From contig JAVLKG010000003.1 of the NCBI GenBank assembly GCA_032128875.1, positions 449,008 through 513,007 of the forward strand: a DNA stretch of 64,000 nucleotides. Direction: 5' to 3'. The position numbers were made by a program, and so were the translations under genes. The notes under the pieces are model-generated. The model was given only the letters and a program-made list of their open reading frames with translations, was not told the origin of the DNA and ran no database searches. Positions 57,975 to 64,000 of the stretch are shown piece after piece (position 1 is the first letter of the stretch; each line of letters begins with the position of its first letter). Source of the DNA: Candidatus Melainabacteria bacterium 17Bon1m. Its GTDB lineage: Bacteria; Cyanobacteriota; Vampirovibrionia; Obscuribacterales; Obscuribacteraceae.

Positions 57975-59306
57975 CTATTTGGTTAGAACGACCAGTTGCT
58001 TATCTACACTTTTGGAATTGTCATTTTCGAACTGCGCTTCCTCGGTTGAGCCCTTGAGAGCTGAGGTCGATGCTGCACCGCCAGAGATGGTCATCAGAAC
58101 TTGGTCGAAATAGCCGGTTCCGACTTCTCTTTGATGGCGAACTGCAGTATATCCGAGGGGTTGCGATGCGAACTCTTCTTCTTGCAATTCGACATAAGCA
58201 GGCATGCCTTCGCGGGCGTAGCCGTGAGCGAGGTTGAACATGCTCATGTTTGTTGCGTGCCAGCCGGCAAGAGTAATGAACTGATACTTGTATCCGAGGT
58301 CGCCCAGCGTTTCGTTGAACTTGGCAATTGTTTTGTCGTCCAGGTTTTGCTTCCAGTTAAATGATGGGGAGCAATTGTAGGCGAGCAGTTTGCCGGGGAA
58401 TTTTTCGTGAATTGCAGCTGCGAATTCTTTTGCTTCTCCGAGGTCTGGTTTTGATGATTCGTACCAGACGAGATCCGCATAAGGCGCGTAAGCTAGGCCT
58501 CGTGCAATGGTAGTCTCGATGCCATTTTTAACTTGGTAGTAGCCTTCAAGAGTGCGCTTGCCTTGGATGAATTTTTGATCGACCGGGTCGATGTCTGATG
58601 TGAGAAGGGTGGCATCGAGTGCGTCAGTTCTAGCTACGATGATGGTCGGAACATCGAGCACGTCAGCAGCTAATCTAGCAGCTGTGAGAGTTCGCACGAA
58701 CTGGGAAGTGGGCACTAATACTTTGCCGCCGAGGTGTCCGCACTTCTTCTCTGAAGCTAATTGGTCTTCGAAGTGAACTCCCGAAGCACCAGCTTCGATC
58801 ATGCTCTTCATTAGTTCAAAAGCGTGAACGGGACCACCGAATCCTGCTTCTGCATCAGCCATGATAGGGACGAACCAGTTGCGCTCCGAGTTGCCTTCCG
58901 CTGATTCGATTTGGTCTGCACGCAACAATGCGCTGTTCAGGCGCTTTACCAATTCAGGAACACTGTTGGACGGATAGAGGCTTTGATCCGGGTAGGTCTG
59001 TTTGGAAACGTTTGCATCAGCGGCAACTTGCCAGCCGCTGAGATAGATGGACTTCAAACCGGCTTTGACCATTTGCACTGCTTGTGAGCCGTTCATGGCA
59101 CCAAGGGCAACGATGTGGTGTTCATTGTTCAGCAAATTCCAAAAGTGGCGAGCGCCCACTTTTGCAAGCGTGTGCTCGATGTCGATTGATGGGCGTAGTT
59201 TTACAACATCCAGAGCAGAGTAGTTTCTCGTAATCCCATGCCAGCGGGGGTTCGTCTGCCAGGCATCGTTCAGTTTGAGAGCTTGCTCTGCTTTGGATTG
59301 TTGCAT
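57975..59306 (-). CDS. aceA: Isocitrate lyase
   Basis: [50 protein letters not shown] and HQREVG; ATG 59306 fits the GAGGA RBS (alternative start 59312). Confidence 0.98.
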   Translation of the reverse strand: MQQSKAEQALKLNDAWQTNPRWHGITRNYSALDVVKLRPSIDIEHTLAKVGARHFWNLLNNEHHIVALGAMNGSQAVQMVKAGLKSIYLSGWQVAADANVSKQTYPDQSLYPSNSVPELVKRLNSALLRADQIESAEGNSERNWFVPIMADAEAGFGGPVHAFELMKSMIEAGASGVHFEDQLASEKKCGHLGGKVLVPTSQFVRTLTAARLAADVLDVPTIIVARTDALDATLLTSDIDPVDQKFIQGKRTLEGYYQVKNGIETTIARGLAYAPYADLVWYESSKPDLGEAKEFAAAIHEKFPGKLLAYNCSPSFNWKQNLDDKTIAKFNETLGDLGYKYQFITLAGWHATNMSMFNLAHGYAREGMPAYVELQEEEFASQPLGYTAVRHQREVGTGYFDQVLMTISGGAASTSALKGSTEEAQFENDNSKSVDKQLVVLTK

Positions 59307-59408
59307 CTTCATATCCTCGGAGTGTGTGGGAAGAATAGTTGGAACTTTTTTGCGTGCGCTATGTGCACGGTTTGGATTCTGCGTTTGGGTGCGGCAATGC
59401 GCCCTGAC

Positions 59409-60992
59409 TTAATTTTCTAAAAACGCGTATGCTGGGATGGTCAGAAAATCTTTGAACTCTTTGTTCAAAACTAAATCATCGAGAATCTTTTCTGCATCGG
59501 CGAAACGGTGTCCATCAAAGACTGCCAGCTTCGCAAGATGTTCTTGCTTTAGTTCTTGGTACAGACTTTCAGTAACTGGGTTGCCGTCGTCCATTTTTGT
59601 TTCTAAAGAAATCCACTGCCAGAGTTGAGCGCGTGAAATTTCGGCAGTTGCCGCATCTTCCATCAAGTTGTGGATGCCCGCCGCGCCGATGCCTCGCAGC
59701 CACGACTCGATGTACTGCAGACCTACATCGATGTTGCTCGATACTCCTTGTCGAGTCACCTTTGCGCCCTCGATTTTTGTGTTCAACAAATCCTTTGCGG
59801 AGGTTTCGAAATCGGATCTCAAATTGTGCTTTTGATTCATTCTGTCGCCGAGAGCATCGTCAAACACAGAGCGGGCGACTGGCACGAGGTCGGGGTGTGC
59901 GACCCAGGTGCCGTCGAAGCCATCGCCGGCTTCACGGGTTTTGTCCTCGGTGACTTTTGCGAATGCTTGTGCGTTTATTTCAGCATCTTTTCTGCTTGGT
60001 ATAAAGGCTGCCATTCCTCCGATTGCATGCGCGCCGCGTTTGTGGCAGGTTTTTACCAGTAGTTGTGCATAGGCTCTCATAAATGGAACCGCCATCGTGA
60101 CTTGCGAGCGATCCGGCAAGACGAAGTCTTTGTGTTGTCTGGTTTTTTTGATCAAACTAAAGATGTAGTCCCAGCGCCCCGCGTTCAGCGCTGCTGCGTG
60201 GTCTCTGAGTTCGTACAAGATCTCTTCCATCTCGAACGCCGCGAGAATGGTCTCGATAAGAACGGTGGCGCGGATGATACCACGAGGAATATTGAGATGG
60301 TTTTGAGCGAAGATAAAAACGTCATTCCAAAGCCGGGCTTCCAAGTGACTTTCCAGTTTCGGCAAATAAAAGTATGGTCCGCTGCCACCTTTAATCAGTT
60401 CTTCTGCGTTGTGGAAGAAGTAAAGACCGAAATCGAATAGAGAAGCTGAGCAAGGCTTGCCGTTGATTTCTAAATGTTCTTCCACCAGATGCCAGCCGCG
60501 CGGACGAATAACGAGCGTGGCGATCTGTTCGTTCAATTTATATTCTTTCCCTTCCGGGCTTGTGAAGGAAAGTCTTCTGCGAACAGCATCTATGCAATTG
60601 GCTTGACCGTCGATCACGTTGTGCCAGGTGGGCGAGAGGGCATCTTCAAAGTCGGCCATGAAGACCTTGGCGCCGGAGTTGAGAGCGTTGATCATCATCT
60701 TGCGCTCTACCGGACCGGTGATTTCCACGCGCCGATCTCTGAGATCCAGCGCTGCCGGACCAACTTGCCATTCGCTATCGCGAATCTCTTGAGTTTCGGG
60801 CAGAAAGTTAGGCAGAACACCGCTGTTGATGGCCTTCTGCCTTTCTGCCCTCATTTGAAGCAATTCTTCGCGCCTTGCGTTGAAGCGCTCGTGGAGCGCG
60901 GCGAGAAATTTCTTTGCTTCCGGAGTGAGGATTCTCTCAACTGTTTCAGTCGTTGCGCCTATGACTTTTATGTTTTCCATAAGTACTGCCAT
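59409..60992 (-). CDS. aceB: Malate synthase A
   Basis: [50 protein letters not shown] and [18 protein letters not shown]. Confidence 0.98.
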   Translation of the reverse strand: MAVLMENIKVIGATTETVERILTPEAKKFLAALHERFNARREELLQMRAERQKAINSGVLPNFLPETQEIRDSEWQVGPAALDLRDRRVEITGPVERKMMINALNSGAKVFMADFEDALSPTWHNVIDGQANCIDAVRRRLSFTSPEGKEYKLNEQIATLVIRPRGWHLVEEHLEINGKPCSASLFDFGLYFFHNAEELIKGGSGPYFYLPKLESHLEARLWNDVFIFAQNHLNIPRGIIRATVLIETILAAFEMEEILYELRDHAAALNAGRWDYIFSLIKKTRQHKDFVLPDRSQVTMAVPFMRAYAQLLVKTCHKRGAHAIGGMAAFIPSRKDAEINAQAFAKVTEDKTREAGDGFDGTWVAHPDLVPVARSVFDDALGDRMNQKHNLRSDFETSAKDLLNTKIEGAKVTRQGVSSNIDVGLQYIESWLRGIGAAGIHNLMEDAATAEISRAQLWQWISLETKMDDGNPVTESLYQELKQEHLAKLAVFDGHRFADAEKILDDLVLNKEFKDFLTIPAYAFLEN

Positions 60993-61124
60993 CCTTCTGC
61001 TCCTTTATAAGGAATAAGTGTCGCGGATGTTGTGGCTGCTGCACCTATTCAAATGGGTGCGATTTTGTTGGCTGCATCCATTTTTATTGGATGGAACAGT
61101 CAACGGCGCCGACCTGTTTATATA

Positions 61125-61153
61125 TTGATATATTGATCGAAGAGAATCAATAC
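61125..61153. promoter_or_regulatory. Operator-like element, copy 1
   Basis: TTGATATATTGAT-cgaagaga-ATCAATAC; contains the perfect palindrome TATTGAT-N8-ATCAATA. Confidence 0.7.
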
Positions 61154-61268
61154 ATCATTTTATTAATTTCTCCTTTTTGCCCTTTGCTGGAAGGTGGGCA
61201 AAAACCAAAAAAGCCTCTGAGCTGCCTTATTTCCCCCCCCAATTTCGGTGATTACTTGATAGGATTAC

Positions 61269-61297
61269 TTGATATATTGACCAGCACAGATCAATAC
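61269..61297. promoter_or_regulatory. Operator-like element, copy 2
   Basis: TTGATATATTGAC-cagcacag-ATCAATAC; same arms and spacer length as copy 1; overlaps the second of two GATTACTTGATA direct repeats (61250-61274). Confidence 0.7.
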
Positions 61298-61329
61298 GTA
61301 ACTACGTCCTGTTGATAAGGGGGTATTCC

Positions 61330-62421
61330 ATGGTCGAGTCGACTGTGATCAAAAGCGGCCTGGACGGCGTCGTTGTAGCCGAGACAGGCATTTCTGAAGT
61401 CGAGGGACAACGTGGTCGGCTGATTATCAAGGGTTTTGACGCGGAGGACCTGGGGTTTTCGCATACATTTGAAGAGACCTGCGCCCTCCTTTGGTCATCG
61501 AAGGAAGATGGAGCCGAGCTGACCAAGCTTTTCGGGCAGGCCCGCGTTGACGCATACGAGATGAGCAAGGATATTCTGCCCGCCCTCTTGCGCGAGCATC
61601 CGATGGATTCTCTGCGTACAGCGACCAGTCTTTTAACCAGCGGCACCCAGGTCGACAGCAAGGAATATGCTCGCATCACCGCAGCTATTGGCGTTTTTGC
61701 AGCCAACTTCTCGCGCATGAGCCGTAAGTTGAAGCCGATCGCTCCAGATCCGAAGCTGACGCATGCAGCCGATTTTCTAAGAATGATCACGGACGAAACT
61801 CCGTCTAAAGCCGAAATCGCGGGCATGGACACATATTTGACCACCGTTTCGGACCACGGCATGAACGCATCGACATTCACTGCCCGTGTTGTCGCCTCCA
61901 CCGAATCGGACAACGTAAGCTGCATCGTTGCTGCCATCGGCGCTCTCAAAGGCCCCCTCCACGGCGGGGCTCCCGGTCCGGTTTTGGATATGCTCAATGA
62001 AATCGGCAGCCCGGAAAATGCCGAGAAGTGGATAGCGACTCAGCTTGATAATTGCAAGCGCATCATGGGCATGGGTCATCGCATCTATACGGTGCGCGAC
62101 CCTCGTGCTGCTATCTTCGAACAAGCAATCAGAAAGCTCGAGGAAGCTGGACTCAAGGCATCTCGCCTTACTCTGGCAAGAGCTGTCGAAAGCACTGCCG
62201 AGCGCCTTTTGGCTGAGCGCCATCCGGAAAAGCCACTCAAAGCAAACGTCGAATTCTATACCGCGGTATTGCTGGATTCACTTAAGCTGCCGAGCAATAT
62301 TTTCTCGTCCACATTTGCAGTCGGTCGCGCCGCCGGGTGGTTTGCTCACATTGCCGAGCAACGCGCACTGGGGCGTTTGATTCGTCCCGCATCCAAGTAC
62401 ACTGGTGCATACCCCAGATAG
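61330..62421 (+). CDS. Citrate synthase (short, dimeric type)
   Basis: GLDGVVVAET, DHGMNASTFTAR, GPLHGGA, MGMGHRIY, RDPR, NVEFY and LIRP; AAGGGG RBS. Confidence 0.92.
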   Translation: MVESTVIKSGLDGVVVAETGISEVEGQRGRLIIKGFDAEDLGFSHTFEETCALLWSSKEDGAELTKLFGQARVDAYEMSKDILPALLREHPMDSLRTATSLLTSGTQVDSKEYARITAAIGVFAANFSRMSRKLKPIAPDPKLTHAADFLRMITDETPSKAEIAGMDTYLTTVSDHGMNASTFTARVVASTESDNVSCIVAAIGALKGPLHGGAPGPVLDMLNEIGSPENAEKWIATQLDNCKRIMGMGHRIYTVRDPRAAIFEQAIRKLEEAGLKASRLTLARAVESTAERLLAERHPEKPLKANVEFYTAVLLDSLKLPSNIFSSTFAVGRAAGWFAHIAEQRALGRLIRPASKYTGAYPR

Positions 62422-62433
62422 AAATTCGGCAGC

Positions 62434-63690
62434 ATGCAAGAAAACAATCCAAAAGATCTGCACGATCCCGAAGATAAGCTTCTGACAGGCAGCCAAGCTG
62501 CAGAGTTCTTAGGCGTCAAATCGGCTACCCTGTACGCCTATGCCAGCCGCGGCATGATTGAGAGTCAACCGGCGAAAAATGCGCGGGAAAGAACCTATCG
62601 CTTGAGCGATTTGATTCGTTTGCGCCAGTCGTCACGCGGATTTAAGTCGCCGAAGGATCAGGAGCCGGCGGTTTGGACCGGACCTGTAATCAAGTCGGCG
62701 ATTACTGAAATTCGCGAAGATGGGCACTACTATCGTGGTCAGAGTGCACTTGAATTGGCTCGTTCCGACAAGCCTTTTGAGAGTGTGGTCGATTTGTTAT
62801 GGGAAACGGGCGCGACTAACACCAGTCAGTGGAAGCGGATGAAACCGCTTCAGCTGCCGAAGGAATTGCGTCCGCTTGCTTCAAAAGACGCGGACTTTCT
62901 GGATCTGTTGAAGTTGATGTTGGTAAGCGCGGAAATGAGCGATCCTGTTTCGCGCAAACTTTTAGCTACGGATATTTTTGAGACAGCGCGCCGCTTGATT
63001 GTCACTATGTCTATGAACCTTGGATTGCCGACAAAGCGCGATAAGTACTTGCCGGATGGTCCGTTTCCTATCGCGCAAACGTTGCTGCACGCATTGACAG
63101 GCAATAAATCGCGAGAAAAAGCGCAAGCTATTAATTCGGCGCTCGTGCTTTGTGCCGATCATGAATTGAACGCCTCGGCGCTTGCTGCGCGTATCGCAGC
63201 TTCCTGCGATGCATCTTTGTATTCTTGTGTTGAGTCCGCGCTCGGTGCATTCAGCGGAAGTTTGCATGGTTCTGCCAGTAGGAGAGCTGAAGATATTGTC
63301 ACCACTTCGCTCAAATTCAAAGCAGTTGCGGCCTGGCTAAAAGACTACTTGCGCCAGTTTGAAACGATCCCAGGGTTTGGCACGGATCTTTATGCCGAAG
63401 GTGATCCGCGTGCAAAACATTTGATCGCTTGCGCTCAAGAAGTTTCCAGCAAAAACACGCATTTGAAACGTCTTCTCGAGATCGTTGAATGCGTGCGTGA
63501 TCAACTGGGTTTGGAACCAAACCTTGATGTTGGTCTGGCGGCAATTTCTTACGCACTCGCATTGCCTGCCGGGGCCGGCTCTACAATATTTGCCGTAAGC
63601 CGCTCATCAGGCTGGATTGCGCATGCGATCGAGCAGCGAATGTACGGCGGCGTGATCAGACCGCGCGCTCGGTACATCGGCAAGAGCTAG
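62434..63690 (+). CDS. HTH (MerR/Xis-like) fused to a citrate-synthase-like domain; candidate regulator
   Basis: N-terminal LTGSQAAEFLGVKSATLYAYASRG; CS-like ADHELNAS, GSLHG, GDPRA, NLD and IRPR; GFGT replaces GFGH. Confidence 0.85.
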   Translation: MQENNPKDLHDPEDKLLTGSQAAEFLGVKSATLYAYASRGMIESQPAKNARERTYRLSDLIRLRQSSRGFKSPKDQEPAVWTGPVIKSAITEIREDGHYYRGQSALELARSDKPFESVVDLLWETGATNTSQWKRMKPLQLPKELRPLASKDADFLDLLKLMLVSAEMSDPVSRKLLATDIFETARRLIVTMSMNLGLPTKRDKYLPDGPFPIAQTLLHALTGNKSREKAQAINSALVLCADHELNASALAARIAASCDASLYSCVESALGAFSGSLHGSASRRAEDIVTTSLKFKAVAAWLKDYLRQFETIPGFGTDLYAEGDPRAKHLIACAQEVSSKNTHLKRLLEIVECVRDQLGLEPNLDVGLAAISYALALPAGAGSTIFAVSRSSGWIAHAIEQRMYGGVIRPRARYIGKS

Positions 63691-63712
63691 TTGCTGCCCA
63701 AATAGAAGTCCT

Positions 63713-64000
63713 TCATTCTGCGGTGTTGGAAAAGTCTTTGAAAAAAATCAGAGGCTGCTGAGTCTTTTCATCGATAATTGGTTTGCCTGTGAATCCCATG
63801 CACCACGCGGCTAGATAATCCCTGTTGTGTTTCACGACTATCGCTCCGGGAGTCTCTTTCTGTGGGTTCAGTTTTACATTGTTCAAGCTCAAGACAAACG
63901 ATGAGGAGAGATAAGGATCTTCCTCAATGAGGATTTTGCAAAGCTCAGTTGGCGGAGTACCAGCATTAATCAATTCTTGCCGGAGCTCTTTTGATACCAG
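63713..64000 (-). CDS. Hypothetical protein, C-terminal part (truncated by the window)
   Basis: Frame open from the window edge to the stop at 63713; convergent with the preceding gene. Confidence 0.55.
   Translation of the reverse strand: MVSKELRQELINAGTPPTELCKILIEEDPYLSSSFVLSLNNVKLNPQKETPGAIVVKHNRDYLAAWCMGFTGKPIIDEKTQQPLIFFKDFSNTAE

Noticed and set aside
62242-62259. Asp-to-Glu change (NVEFY) in the first citrate synthase as inactivating
   Set aside because: NVEF occurs in other short-type citrate synthases and both catalytic His motifs are intact
1-64000. tRNA (including tRNA-Sec), rRNA, IS/integrase, prophage or defence island
   Set aside because: No cloverleaf, rRNA-like, transposase or phage hallmarks seen by eye; the SWIM-SNF2 gene has no defence-type neighbours. 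A tRNAscan-SE or Infernal run is needed to be certain

Overview
Gene-dense bacterial chromosomal window with about 50 CDS. I found no rRNA, tRNA, CRISPR array, prophage or transposase. The gene repertoire (paralogous Hanks-type kinase-TM-TPR proteins, 'MAKILLVEDD' OmpR regulators, a multi-MshEN protein, orphan Tad pseudopilins) suggests a non-photosynthetic cyanobacterial relative (Vampirovibrionia/Melainabacteria, Obscuribacterales-like); this is an inference. Content from left to right: Rieske oxygenase, GH63-like glucosidase and GNAT; a histidine kinase with two response regulators; cmk; a SelW/Rdx gene; SOD; a delta-9 desaturase; a SWIM-SNF2 helicase; Tad-like pseudopilins; a subtilase; a TetR plus Spy/CpxP-like pair; kdsC; amrS; VIT-vWA; a surface-glycan modification cluster bounded by two paralogous acyltransferases; and aceBA divergent from a citrate synthase plus an HTH-citrate-synthase fusion. 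The best findings are not explained by the ORF track: (1) a UGA-recoded selenoprotein (CGAU motif plus SECIS-like hairpin) at 11589-11930; (2) a glyoxylate-shunt/citrate-synthase divergon with two copies of a 29-bp palindrome-containing element and a candidate pseudo-enzyme transcription factor whose catalytic His is replaced by Thr; (3) a candidate ~170-nt structured ncRNA with a boxA-like motif and a UUCG terminator upstream of the desaturase; (4) a His-rich TetR and signal-less Spy-like module with a double operator; (5) a probable ATC start codon for the histidine kinase. All family calls are from motif recognition by eye; no searches were run.
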